From Hadesarchaea archaeon (GTDB lineage: Archaea > Hadarchaeota > Hadarchaeia > Hadarchaeales > JAGGTB01): DNA of 37,063 nt. The notes under the pieces were generated by a model. The model ran no database searches, had not been told where the DNA came from, and saw nothing but the letters and a program-made list of their open reading frames with translations. The stretch's first letter is position 1, and each line of letters begins with the position of its first letter. Position numbers and translations under genes: made by a program. Below, in pieces: positions 25,847-35,468 of this stretch. The stretch covers positions 1-37,063 of the forward strand of contig JAGGTB010000053.1 in the NCBI GenBank assembly GCA_021163965.1, read 5' to 3'.

Positions 25847-26875
25847 TTATCCCAACCACTTCTCGAGGGATTCCTGCATGCGTGTCCTAGCTCCTTTAAA
25901 AAGCCTATCTATACCGGTCTGGACTCGAGACTCGGAGAAATCATGCTCTTCACACAAGAATTCCTTGATGCCATCTGGATCCGGATCGCTCCACTTAAGT
26001 TCGTAATCATTGGTCACGTTTGGGTTAAGAAATATTTTCTCAACTTCTAATGGATCGACATCGAACTCCCCCGCAACACCAGCTCGGATTATCTCCTCAA
26101 TCGAACCATGCTCCTTAACCAACTTAAGGGCCTTTTTCGGTCCTATCCCCTTCACCCCTCGGTTGTAGTCCGTGCCAACGAGTATCCCCACAGCTATTAG
26201 CCCTCGTCTATCAATTTCGAATTTCTTGAGCATTTCTTGGAGCTCTATGAATTCCGGGGTGATCTCCGCGTAAACGTCTTTGCCGGGCATCTTTCTTCTT
26301 CCCGTGATCGCCACGTTTCGAACGAGAACCGGAGCCCCGAAGAGCAAGCTGTCGAAGTCCTGGCTGGCCACCGCCCAAGCGTCCCCTAGTTGAACCAGCC
26401 TAGCTGCTTGAGCTTCGCCCTCACCCGGGGCTTGGATATACGCTACGCCCATACGCCTTAGCAGTTCCATCGCTTCGCCTGCCATTTCCTTAGTCAATCT
26501 CGCAGCGCGCTGGGCCTGCTTTCTCGCCTCGACGATGTCCCCCGCCTCCAGAGCCTCCTTATATGCCCTCTCAGCCTCAGCCCTAATGGTCCGACGTTCC
26601 TTCAGGGTTCGGCTTTTTAGCTTGGGGGGCTCGCCATCGAAGACAAAAACCGGCCAAATACCCAACCCAATCAAATTTGCTGTTCGGTAGAAGAGCCCGG
26701 AAAGATGAGAAGTCACGCGTCCCTTTGAATCCTTCAGCGGTTCACCGTCGCGTTGTCGTATGATAGAAAGAAACTGATAGAGGGTGTTCATGGCATCGAT
26801 TGCTATGACTTTACCGCGGAGTTCTTCGAGACTTATTTCTTTTCTTGGAACCACATCCCCCAGCTGAACGCCCAT
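25847..26875 (-). CDS. fen: flap endonuclease 1
   Basis: MGV, IDAMNTLYQFLSIIR, GEGEAQA, SQDFDSLLFG, GTDYN, GIGPK; PIP box QESLEKW. Confidence 0.97.
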   Translation of the reverse strand: MGVQLGDVVPRKEISLEELRGKVIAIDAMNTLYQFLSIIRQRDGEPLKDSKGRVTSHLSGLFYRTANLIGLGIWPVFVFDGEPPKLKSRTLKERRTIRAEAERAYKEALEAGDIVEARKQAQRAARLTKEMAGEAMELLRRMGVAYIQAPGEGEAQAARLVQLGDAWAVASQDFDSLLFGAPVLVRNVAITGRRKMPGKDVYAEITPEFIELQEMLKKFEIDRRGLIAVGILVGTDYNRGVKGIGPKKALKLVKEHGSIEEIIRAGVAGEFDVDPLEVEKIFLNPNVTNDYELKWSDPDPDGIKEFLCEEHDFSESRVQTGIDRLFKGARTRMQESLEKWLG

Positions 26876-26954
26876 CTAAATCTTAATAAAATTCCGCGAC
26901 CTTCGCTATAAGTTTTAAAGTTATCAAAGATAGAGCAAAAAAGAAAAGAGAATA

Positions 26955-27176
26955 TTAGGAGGTTTCTGCCATCTCTGACACTCTCTCCCCACTCGGCAAC
27001 CTGCGCACTATAGTCATCGGAATGGCTCCTTTCTCGAATTCCAAGAGAGCGATATCAATTGGATCTGTAACTCCCTCGGGTACCTTGATCAGGACGGGTG
27101 CTCCCATCTCTATTTGTAGAGCCCTTGCCCCTATGATACGAGCTTTCTCGAACCTTGTGTATTTCTTCGGGAAAAT
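26955..27176 (-). CDS. rpoK: DNA-directed RNA polymerase subunit Rpo6 (K); absent from the ORF track; probable ATT start
   Basis: [53 protein letters not shown]; SD AGGGGGT 6 nt before ATT. Confidence 0.92.
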   Translation of the reverse strand: MFPKKYTRFEKARIIGARALQIEMGAPVLIKVPEGVTDPIDIALLEFEKGAIPMTIVRRLPSGERVSEMAETS

Positions 27177-27196
27177 CCGTGGACCCCCTATGCCGA

Positions 27197-28843
27197 CTAG
27201 AATTCGCTTTCCTCGCCTTCTTCCTTGCCTTCTTCTTTCTCTAGCTTCGCTGCAGAAATTACATCATCGATTCGAAGAATCATCTCCGCAACTTCACTTG
27301 CCGACTTAATAGCTTGGATTTTGACACGTAGCGGTTCTAGAACCCCCTCCTTAAGCGGATCCATGACCTTCCCTGTGAATACGTTGAGTCCCATTTTCCA
27401 ACCATCCTTCTTGTCGTGGGCCTCGCGAAGCTTAACTATGACATCGATGGGGTCAAGACCGGCGTTTTCCGCCAGAGTCCTTGGAATTATCTCCATCGCG
27501 TCCGCAAATGCCTCTATCGCTAGTTGCTCTCGACCTCCGACCTTCACCGCAAAGTTCCGGAGGTGCTTGGCTACTTCCATCTCTGGCGCTCCAGCACCTG
27601 GTACGAACTTCCCGTCCTCGATGGCAGCTGCAGCCACTGAAAGCCCATCCTGCACCGCCCTCTCGACCTCATCCACCACGTGCTCCGTCCCTCCGCGGAC
27701 CAGTATGCTCACCGCCTTCGGATCCTTGCACTTCTCGACGAACACCATCTCATCGCCGGCTATCTTGCGCTCCTCGACCAGTCCTGCCCGTCCTATGTCC
27801 TTTGGACTTAGGTCCTTGAGATTAGTAACGATATTGGCACCAGTTGCGCGAGACAGCTTCTCCATGTCCGACTCTTTTACCCTCCTAACCGCAAAGATCC
27901 CTTCTTTGGCGAGGAAATGCTGCGCGAGGTCATCGATCCCTTTCTGGCAGAAGAGAACGTTGGCTCCCGCATTCTTGATGGTATCCACCATTTCCTTGAG
28001 CATCCGCTCCTCCTCGCTTAAGAAGGCCTTCAGCTGTTGTGGATCGGTTATACGAATCTCTGCATCCGTTTCGGTCTCCTTGACCTCAAGGGCAGCGTTT
28101 ACCAGAGCTATCTTGGCGTTCTCCACGCGCCTTGGCATTCCAGGGTGAACGCGCTCTTTGTCGATGACTATTCCTTCTATCAGCTGCGAATCGGTGGAGC
28201 TACCACCCTCCTTCTTCTCGACTTTAACGTTATCCACGTCCGCTATCAGCTTGCCGTCTTCCTCCTCCAGAATCTTCTTCACAGCTTGGATGCATATTTT
28301 GGAAAGTTCTGGACCGTGCGCCTCCGGACCTTTACCACTCATCGAAGTCTCGACTATTTGGGTCAGAAGCCTCGTATCGTCCTTTGTAACCTTTAGCGCT
28401 ATTTTCTCCAAAATTTCCTGCGCCTTCCTCGCCGCTCTCTTGTACCCACGTGCTATGACGGTTGGGTGGATATCCTGATCTATGAGCTCCTCAGCGCGTT
28501 TCAGGAGTTCACCGCTCAGCACCACCGCAGTGGTCGTGCCGTCCCCGACCTCATCCTCTTGAGTCTTCGCTATCTCGACCATCATCTTGGCCGCTGGATG
28601 CTCAACGTCCATCTCATCGAGGATGGTCGCCCCGTCGTTGGTTATGACAACATCCCCGAGGTTATCGACCAACATCTTGTCCATGCCGCGTGGGCCGAGC
28701 GTGGTACGGACTGCCTCGCTGATAATCCTCGCAGCTAGGATATTTGTGCGCTGGGCATCCCGTCCAACGTATCTCTGGGTCTTCGCCGGCAGGACCAAAA
28801 TTGGCGTGCCTCCCATTTGAGCCGCTCCCATCTGAGCTGCCAT
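27197..28843 (-). CDS. thermosome (group II chaperonin) subunit
   Basis: [41 protein letters not shown]; ATG 28843 with SD AGGTGG. Confidence 0.97.
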   Translation of the reverse strand: MAAQMGAAQMGGTPILVLPAKTQRYVGRDAQRTNILAARIISEAVRTTLGPRGMDKMLVDNLGDVVITNDGATILDEMDVEHPAAKMMVEIAKTQEDEVGDGTTTAVVLSGELLKRAEELIDQDIHPTVIARGYKRAARKAQEILEKIALKVTKDDTRLLTQIVETSMSGKGPEAHGPELSKICIQAVKKILEEEDGKLIADVDNVKVEKKEGGSSTDSQLIEGIVIDKERVHPGMPRRVENAKIALVNAALEVKETETDAEIRITDPQQLKAFLSEEERMLKEMVDTIKNAGANVLFCQKGIDDLAQHFLAKEGIFAVRRVKESDMEKLSRATGANIVTNLKDLSPKDIGRAGLVEERKIAGDEMVFVEKCKDPKAVSILVRGGTEHVVDEVERAVQDGLSVAAAAIEDGKFVPGAGAPEMEVAKHLRNFAVKVGGREQLAIEAFADAMEIIPRTLAENAGLDPIDVIVKLREAHDKKDGWKMGLNVFTGKVMDPLKEGVLEPLRVKIQAIKSASEVAEMILRIDDVISAAKLEKEEGKEEGEESEF

Positions 28844-28961
28844 TACTACCACCTATACTTATTTTTACAATTACAAAATTTCTCGAATTTAAGTTGTAAT
28901 AGCGTCCACCTATATAATTGTTTACCTCTTAAACCCCCCTTCGGGGAGACCCAAAGGATGA

Positions 28962-29477
28962 GTGAGGAACTTGACGAACGTGCTCCAACTCATAGGTAGT
29001 GCCCTCTGGTTCATCCTACCGGCGTACGTGGCCAACGCGACCCCTGTGTTGCTAGGCGGTGGCGTAGCGATCGACAGGGGGAGGCTCTTCTGGGATAAAC
29101 GTCCAATTTTCGGGAGCGGAAAAACCGTGCGAGGATTCGTCGCTGGAGTAATAGCCGGCTCTCTCGTAGGCGGACTACAAGGCATCCTCACGGGCCAACT
29201 CCACGCGCGCCTCCTGCTCGGCCTCACGCTCTCGATCGGAGCGTTACTCGGCGATCTCCTTGGAAGCTTTATCAAGCGTAGAGCTGGAATTCCAAGAGGA
29301 AGGGCCGCCCCAGGGCTCGACCAGCTCGGCTTCCTCGTGTTCGCACTGCTCTTCGCTCTCCCCGTTGAAGCGCCGAATTGGAGGATCGTTCTCATACTTT
29401 TTTTAATAACCCCCCCGATCCACTTGGGGACGAACTTTGCCGGATACAAGCTTGGTCTTAAGAACCGGCCTTACTGA
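28962..29477 (+). CDS. carS: CDP-archaeol synthase
   Basis: LPAYVANATP, GKTVRG, GDLLGSFIKRR, LDQL, LGLKNRPY. Confidence 0.93.
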   Translation: MRNLTNVLQLIGSALWFILPAYVANATPVLLGGGVAIDRGRLFWDKRPIFGSGKTVRGFVAGVIAGSLVGGLQGILTGQLHARLLLGLTLSIGALLGDLLGSFIKRRAGIPRGRAAPGLDQLGFLVFALLFALPVEAPNWRIVLILFLITPPIHLGTNFAGYKLGLKNRPY

Positions 29478-29532
29478 CGTGACTTGAGAAAGAACTTAAA
29501 CTCTGCCACCATATCCACCCTGAGGGGTAAAC

Positions 29533-29946
29533 GTGACGCCCGAGGAAGCACTGGAGGAAATAGAGAAGGTACTAGACGAGATCCGAGATCTCTCCCAGTC
29601 AGGAGTTCCTATCATTGTAGAAGGTGAAAAGGACGCTAAAGCGTTGCGGAAGCTTAACGTGAAAGGGGATATTCACAAAATTTCTGAGGATAAAAGAACC
29701 GCTCTAAACTTCTTAGAAAAACTCTCCACGTACAAAAGAGTCATGATTCTAACAGATTTCGACCGCGCGGGCAACGAGCTCGCGAGATTTTGCGCAAAGC
29801 ACCTGGAGAGCCTAAATACCGAAGCAATAGTCGAACCCCGTGACAAACTCAAAGCACTCGTGCGGAAGTTCGTCAAAGACATCGAAGGGCTTCCAAAATT
29901 CGTGCGGACAGTTCACGCGAGCCAACGCCCCGTCACTAGACGTTAG
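29533..29946 (+). CDS. stand-alone TOPRIM domain protein
   Basis: IIVEGEKD..LTDFDRAG..KDIEG. Confidence 0.88.
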   Translation: MTPEEALEEIEKVLDEIRDLSQSGVPIIVEGEKDAKALRKLNVKGDIHKISEDKRTALNFLEKLSTYKRVMILTDFDRAGNELARFCAKHLESLNTEAIVEPRDKLKALVRKFVKDIEGLPKFVRTVHASQRPVTRR

Positions 29947-30576
29947 CTATTCCTCGTCTTTGACTTTGGAGAGAAACTTTTCCACCACGGTGGGCTTTAT
30001 CCCTATCTCTAGTAGTCTCCTTCGGATCTCCCCCAAATTCTTTCCTTTCCCCTTCAGCTTTAAGTAGATCTTTTTTGTAGATTCATAGATCTCATGAGGA
30101 AAACACACCCACGCGTCCGTCTCCCGTATGAAGTAATCCGGAATCACCACAGACCAAGGCTTGAAATATAGCGTGGCAATCCTAACTTCGGATGCTCGTC
30201 TCTCGAGGAGGTGCTCCTTCACCAGGCGCAGGCTCTTACCTGAGTCCGCTATATCGTCCACAAGGAGCACCTTCTTTCCCCCGATATCTACTTGGAGGGG
30301 CTGGGTTATCTGCGGTTTGGATTTGGTCTCATAGATTCCAACGTAGTACTCGACCCTAACGGTGGCGATCTCTGGAATCTCGAGGAGATCCGAGAGGAGT
30401 CTCGCCGGAATCCACCCGCCCCGAGCGACAGCCACTATCACATCCGGATCGTACCCACTCTCCATTATGCGATCCGCAAGTTTGATGCAAAGCTCGTGGA
30501 TCTCCTCCCAACTTGGGACTTCGTACTTCTCCGGTTTCTCAACGGAGGGTTTGGATCTCCTTTCCGTCTCCATCAT
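29947..30576 (-). CDS. type I phosphoribosyltransferase
   Basis: VAVARGGWIPA, VLLVDDIADSGKSL, WVCFPHE. Confidence 0.92.
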   Translation of the reverse strand: MMETERRSKPSVEKPEKYEVPSWEEIHELCIKLADRIMESGYDPDVIVAVARGGWIPARLLSDLLEIPEIATVRVEYYVGIYETKSKPQITQPLQVDIGGKKVLLVDDIADSGKSLRLVKEHLLERRASEVRIATLYFKPWSVVIPDYFIRETDAWVCFPHEIYESTKKIYLKLKGKGKNLGEIRRRLLEIGIKPTVVEKFLSKVKDEE

Positions 30577-30658
30577 GAACACGCAAGTTTATTGATTTTC
30601 TTTAGAACCTTTTAACTTACCGCTGGAAAATGGGACTTAAAGTTCGGTTCATAAATAG

Positions 30659-31294
30659 TCACAGATAATCCAAGAGCATGCCGAAATCCTCGAAGTCTTC
30701 AATCACAACATCGGCAACTCTGGCTAGAACTTCGTCCTTACCAATCGCTACCCCCATTCCGACGTTCTTCAGGAGACCGATGTCATACTTGCTGTCTCCG
30801 ACGCCAACGCATTCGCCCATCCTTATTCCGAGCCTATCGGTGAGTCCTTTCAAGGCCTCGTGCTTCCGGCGGGGATCCACTCTGAAAATCCCCTCGCCAG
30901 TTAAATAACCTCGGCCGTCGGTTTCCAATCCATTAGCGAGGACGTACTCTATGCCAAGCCGATTCGCCACTTTCTGAGCTAGGATATCCACCCCGCCACT
31001 CACTATCGCGACCTGGTACCCTTTCTCGTGAAGTCCGCGAACGACTTCGGAAGCGTTTGGCGCCAGCTTGAAGTCTGAGAGGATTTCTTCAATTTGGGAA
31101 ATTCTCGGCCTCGGTTTCCAAAGTGAGATGTCGCGACGCATAAATTCCGGATAGTCTATCTCTCCCCTCTCCCATGCCTTGAGATTCTCGGCCGCTTTTT
31201 CCATGACTCTAAAGTGGTAATGGATGATCTCCCAACTGTTTGGCTCGACAACTAGGGTGCCATCCATATCAAATGCGACGAGCTTGTAATGCAT
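30659..31294 (-). CDS. HAD-superfamily phosphatase (phosphoserine phosphatase-like)
   Basis: FDMDGTL, VSGG, GDSKYD; ATG 31294. Confidence 0.9.
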   Translation of the reverse strand: MHYKLVAFDMDGTLVVEPNSWEIIHYHFRVMEKAAENLKAWERGEIDYPEFMRRDISLWKPRPRISQIEEILSDFKLAPNASEVVRGLHEKGYQVAIVSGGVDILAQKVANRLGIEYVLANGLETDGRGYLTGEGIFRVDPRRKHEALKGLTDRLGIRMGECVGVGDSKYDIGLLKNVGMGVAIGKDEVLARVADVVIEDFEDFGMLLDYL

Positions 31295-31346
31295 GTGACC
31301 CACAATTCCTTTATCTATTCGGGCTATAAACCACCGAGGGTGAAAA

Positions 31347-31802
31347 TTGAAGGAAATCCTTGTCATCCTGACCTCTCTCATTCCCAGCTTCGAGGCGAGA
31401 TACGCCATCCCGGTCGCCCTCGAATTGACGAACATCAACCTAGCAGCTCTTTTCACTATTTGCGTTGCGCTTAACATCGGCGTGATCCCGATAGTCTTCT
31501 TGGGACTCGACTGGCTTGCTCCGCCCTTCAGGAGGAAATTTAAATGGGTGGACTCCATCTTCAGATGGTTTTGGCGTAGGGGGCGCAACCGGAAGTGGGG
31601 ATTTCTCAGTCTTGTTGCATTCGTGGCCACGCCAATTCCCGGAACTGGCGCTTACACCGGTGTACTTATGGCATATCTCTTCGGTTTCGATAGGAAACTA
31701 TCCACCATCGCAATAGCAACGGGGGTGATAGTTAGCGCGACCCTGACTACACTCGCCACGCTCGGGATGATTTCACTCGTAAAGTCCTTCTACCCATGCT
31801 GA
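31347..31802 (+). CDS. COG2426 small multidrug export-like membrane protein
   Basis: PSFEARYAIP, FVATPIPGTGAYTG. Confidence 0.88.
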   Translation: MKEILVILTSLIPSFEARYAIPVALELTNINLAALFTICVALNIGVIPIVFLGLDWLAPPFRRKFKWVDSIFRWFWRRGRNRKWGFLSLVAFVATPIPGTGAYTGVLMAYLFGFDRKLSTIAIATGVIVSATLTTLATLGMISLVKSFYPC

Positions 31803-32081
31803 AGTGGTCCCAGCTGAAGAGGATTCTTGAGGCCCACACACTAACATCGAGGAGCAACCATGTTTAAGGTTCGACCGCGTCGGGGGACCAAAACCTGAAC
31901 TTCCTTGTCATCGATTTTGTAAAATCGCAGGGTTTTTATCCTATCGCGCTATAAATTTAACTTGCAAATCAAAATTAAGCCAGAATCACCATCAAGCTCA
32001 TCTGGCTTTTGTGTGTGAAATGTGGAAAGGTAAAAAATATCGAGAGTTGGTTAATTGTCAAAAAGTAAAAGGGGGGTAGAT

Positions 32082-33227
32082 ATGAAAGAAGGTATAGAAA
32101 CTGCCAAGTACCTAATCAAGGCTTCTTTAGAAGTCAACGGGGTAGTTGAACGCCCGGATGTAGTTGGTGCAATCTTCGGACAGACAGAAGGACTACTGGG
32201 GAACTCCCTAGACTTACGAGAGCTCCAGAAGACTGGTCGAATAGGTCGAATCATCGTGAACGTGGAATCCGCTGGGGGCAAATCCAAAGGAGAGGTAATC
32301 GTGCCATCAAACCTCGATCGGACGAAAACGGCAATAATCGGCGCTACGCTAGAAACGATAGAGCGCATAGGCCCCTGCGAGGCCAAGATCCAGGTCAAAG
32401 AAATCCAAGATGTCAGAGAAGCCAAACGCAAATTCATCGTCAATCGTGCGAGGGAAATTCTTGAGAAACTCGAAGGAAAAGCACCAGATGTCGAAAAAAT
32501 CTCCAAATTAGTGAAGGAGTTCGGGCACGTCGAACGAATAGGGAGCTACGAGGGGCTACCAGCTGGCCCAGCGGTAAGGGATTCGGACGCGATAATAGTC
32601 GTCGAGGGACGCTCGGATGTGCTTAACCTATTGCGCCACGGCATCAGAAACACCATCGCCATCGAAGGAACCAATGTCCCAAAACCGATAGCAGAACTCT
32701 GTAAGGAAAAAACCGCGACTGCATTCCTAGACGGGGACCGCGGAGGGGACCTGATTCTGAAAGAACTCGTGCAAGTAGCAAAGGTGGACTACGTGGCACG
32801 AGCACCCCGCGGGAGAGAAGTCGAGAAACTGGAAAAAGATGAGATAATGAAGGCGCTCAGAAACAAAGTCCCTGTGGAACAAGCCATTGCCGAACTAGAA
32901 AAGAAAACTCGGAAACTCGGAGAAAAGGAGAAACTTAGGAAACTTGAAGCAATCGCGAGCAAAATCCTTGGCACGTCGAAAGCGCATCTCCTAGATAAGA
33001 ACTTGGAAATAGTGGAGGAAACCAAAGTCAGAGAACTTGTCGAGAGAGTTAAGCAAGCCAAAAACGTGAATGCCATAGTCTTCGATGGTGTGATCTCACA
33101 AAGAATAGCAGATCTTGCTGCCGAAAAGGGGGCAAAATACCTAGTTGGTGTACGAGAGAGGGTGGAGGAAAAACCACCCAAGGTCCAGATTATGACCATC
33201 GAGGAACTTCGAAAGCGTGCGCGATAG
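32082..33227 (+). CDS. dnaG: archaeal DnaG (primase-like, exosome-associated)
   Basis: GVVERPDVVGAIFGQTEGLLG..LRELQKTGRIGRI, VVEGRSDV, DGDRGG, FDGVISQR. Confidence 0.96.
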   Translation: MKEGIETAKYLIKASLEVNGVVERPDVVGAIFGQTEGLLGNSLDLRELQKTGRIGRIIVNVESAGGKSKGEVIVPSNLDRTKTAIIGATLETIERIGPCEAKIQVKEIQDVREAKRKFIVNRAREILEKLEGKAPDVEKISKLVKEFGHVERIGSYEGLPAGPAVRDSDAIIVVEGRSDVLNLLRHGIRNTIAIEGTNVPKPIAELCKEKTATAFLDGDRGGDLILKELVQVAKVDYVARAPRGREVEKLEKDEIMKALRNKVPVEQAIAELEKKTRKLGEKEKLRKLEAIASKILGTSKAHLLDKNLEIVEETKVRELVERVKQAKNVNAIVFDGVISQRIADLAAEKGAKYLVGVRERVEEKPPKVQIMTIEELRKRAR

Positions 33228-33253
33228 TCGCAACCGCTCGGGAGCCTTTGGCG

Positions 33254-33706
33254 CTAGAATCTGTAGACCATAACAATACCGGGCTCCCCGTCCGCATAGT
33301 AAGCGGGAATCATCTCACGTTGGACGAATCCCAACTTTAAATAAAATTTCTGCGCTGCCCTATTGCTGGCCCTGACCTCGAGCCTTACCTCCCTCGCACC
33401 CTTCTCCCTCAGACGATTTAGCGCACTAGTCATCAACATAGACCCAATCCCCCGTCGTCGGTAAAGCGGGTCAACACCTATTGCAAGTATGTGCCCGGTC
33501 CTCCACCATCGCATGACAGCTATTGCATACCCCACAATCTTTCCGTTGACCTCGGCTACGAGGAAACCATCTGGGTGTAAGCTGTAAAGGTGATTAAGGA
33601 GGCCTAGGGGATACGGATCTTTAAAACACTTGTACTCTATATCCAAGATCGCTTGCATCTCGTCTGGCCTCAAATCCCTCACTCGAACTATTTGCTGAGC
33701 CACCAT
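33254..33706 (-). CDS. rimI: RimI/Ard1-like N-acetyltransferase
   Basis: GHILAIGV, RRRGIG, LEVRASN, FYLKLGF, YYADGE. Confidence 0.88.
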   Translation of the reverse strand: MVAQQIVRVRDLRPDEMQAILDIEYKCFKDPYPLGLLNHLYSLHPDGFLVAEVNGKIVGYAIAVMRWWRTGHILAIGVDPLYRRRGIGSMLMTSALNRLREKGAREVRLEVRASNRAAQKFYLKLGFVQREMIPAYYADGEPGIVMVYRF

Positions 33707-33724
33707 CTCCGCCCTTAGAAATTA

Positions 33725-33744
33725 TTATCTTAAAGTTAAGATAA
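33725..33744. promoter_or_regulatory. perfect 9-bp inverted repeat between divergent genes
   Basis: TTATCTTAA-AG-TTAAGATAA. Confidence 0.5.
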
Positions 33745-33746
33745 AA

Positions 33747-34172
33747 ATGGCGACAGAGAGGGAGAGCTTGAAAGTGACAAATCCGAAGACCCGTGGCGTG
33801 ATGTTCGAATATCGCGTCGGGCACTTCTTCGAGCGCTGGGGTTACTCGTGGGACCGCTCGGGGAGTTCTCTCGGGATCGACCTTAAGATCCTGAAGAACG
33901 GAAAACTTCGCTACCTTGTCAGTTGCAAGAAGACATCAAAACCTCGCCCAATTTACTTGACGCGCCATGAAGTGAAACGCCTCTCCATTGAGGCCTCGAG
34001 GAGGGGTGCCGAGGGACTCGTGTGCTTCGGCTTTCACCGCACCCCGATCTACGTCATCCCTGTAAAAGAGGTAGACAAGATCGAGAGCACGAGGCTATAC
34101 TATAAAATTAAACCCGGAGATGGAATCCTGCTATCCGAATTTTTAGAAGACAGGCTTGAAGTCAACATTTGA
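33747..34172 (+). CDS. Hjc-like PD-(D/E)XK nuclease-fold protein
   Basis: RGVMFEYRV..GY..RSGSS..IDL..LVSCKK..IYL..HE pattern of archaeal Holliday junction resolvases. Confidence 0.72.
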   Translation: MATERESLKVTNPKTRGVMFEYRVGHFFERWGYSWDRSGSSLGIDLKILKNGKLRYLVSCKKTSKPRPIYLTRHEVKRLSIEASRRGAEGLVCFGFHRTPIYVIPVKEVDKIESTRLYYKIKPGDGILLSEFLEDRLEVNI

Positions 34173-34252
34173 GACTCAAGATCTAAATGGATCATCCTTT
34201 AACCTCAATATTTATTTGCGCGTGAAACCACTAACCATCGGAGGAAAAGAAA

Positions 34253-34546
34253 ATGTCAGTCCCATCGGAAATCGCTTGGCTGGTACCACTGGTGGTTCCT
34301 TTCATCGTCGGATTACTGATTGGAGCGATAATCAAGCGAACTGCGAAACTGCTCCTCGTTATCGTTGCGTTGATTGTAGTCCTAATCGGGGCTGGCGCTG
34401 TAAGTTGGAGCTACTCGGATTTGTATGATAAATCCCTCGAAGTCCTGCCAAAATTGTGGTCTGAAGCTCAAGGATTTATCGGCACCCTTCCTTATTCCAC
34501 CCCATCCTTCCTAGTTGGCCTTGGACTAGGATTGTGGAAGGGGTAG
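34253..34546 (+). CDS. small membrane protein, FUN14-like
   Basis: GLLIGAIIKRTAKL..., SFLVGLGLGLWKG. Confidence 0.7.
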   Translation: MSVPSEIAWLVPLVVPFIVGLLIGAIIKRTAKLLLVIVALIVVLIGAGAVSWSYSDLYDKSLEVLPKLWSEAQGFIGTLPYSTPSFLVGLGLGLWKG

Positions 34547-34626
34547 GAGGATCAAGTCAACCGCGCCTTAAACTACCCAAGCGGAGATGGTATATTCGAT
34601 CATCTCAAAGGTATTCATGGTCGAGC

Positions 34627-35427
34627 ATGGTTGCTACCCCCGTATACGGAACGCGCGCCTTAACGCTCGAACTTGAGAAGGAACGGGCACTCGTCGTCGC
34701 AGATTTGCACTTAGGTTTGGAAGAGGAACTGGCCACTAAAGGAATCAAACTGCCGAGCCAGATCCCCAAAATAAAAACCCGCCTTCTCCGCCTCATTCGA
34801 CGGAAAAAGCCAAATAAACTGATCCTGCTGGGAGATGTCAAACATAACATTCCCATTACGAGCTGGCAGGAGTGGAGAGATCTACCGGATTTTTTCAGCG
34901 AACTGACCAAGCACGTGCAAGTCGAGATCTTGCCCGGCAACCACGACGGCGACATCGAGGGACTTGTGCCACGCGATGTCATAATCCACGATCCCCGTGG
35001 CATAGTGATCGGGGGAGAGAAGAAAATAGGGCTCATGCACGGACACACTTGGCCGAAACCGGAACTACTCGGGGCCGATCTAATCATCACGGGGCACAAC
35101 CACCCAGCCATCGAATTTAGGGACGACCTCGGAGGTCGCGTGATTGAACCGGTCTGGATGTACTATAAAATCCTGCCGTCGAATCTCCCCAAGAGGTTGC
35201 AGAGCGCGGTTAAGGGAGAACCCCCGAGGTTTCTGGTTGTGCCAGCGTTCAACGAGCTAATAAGCGGTGCAGCTGTGAATCGCTCGATACCCCATGAACT
35301 CTTGGGTCCCATCTTCAAAAGTGGGTGCGCCGATCTTCCAAGAGCTGAAATTTACCTGCTTGATGGAACCTTCTTGGGAACTCTCGAGAATATCAAAAAG
35401 AAAAACAATCCCAGGTTTCTTCCCTAA
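34627..35427 (+). CDS. calcineurin-like metallophosphoesterase
   Basis: ADLHLG, LGDVKH, GNHDG, HGH, GHNHP, PAFN, YLLDGT. Confidence 0.92.
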   Translation: MVATPVYGTRALTLELEKERALVVADLHLGLEEELATKGIKLPSQIPKIKTRLLRLIRRKKPNKLILLGDVKHNIPITSWQEWRDLPDFFSELTKHVQVEILPGNHDGDIEGLVPRDVIIHDPRGIVIGGEKKIGLMHGHTWPKPELLGADLIITGHNHPAIEFRDDLGGRVIEPVWMYYKILPSNLPKRLQSAVKGEPPRFLVVPAFNELISGAAVNRSIPHELLGPIFKSGCADLPRAEIYLLDGTFLGTLENIKKKNNPRFLP

Positions 35428-35468
35428 AGTTTTATATGACCCTCGGCATTAAGAGGTGGAGGGTTACC

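Noticed and set aside
27225-28148. Long antisense ORFs (also 2788-3465, 909-1487, 4722-5258, 3781-4413, 34605-35111)
   Set aside because: Shadows of well-supported genes on the opposite strand; no recognisable motifs.
31805-31890. 86-nt segment closed by TGGTCCC/GGGACCA containing GGTTCGA; tRNA or C/D sRNA?
   Set aside because: T-stem does not pair, no cloverleaf, and no terminal CTGA D box.
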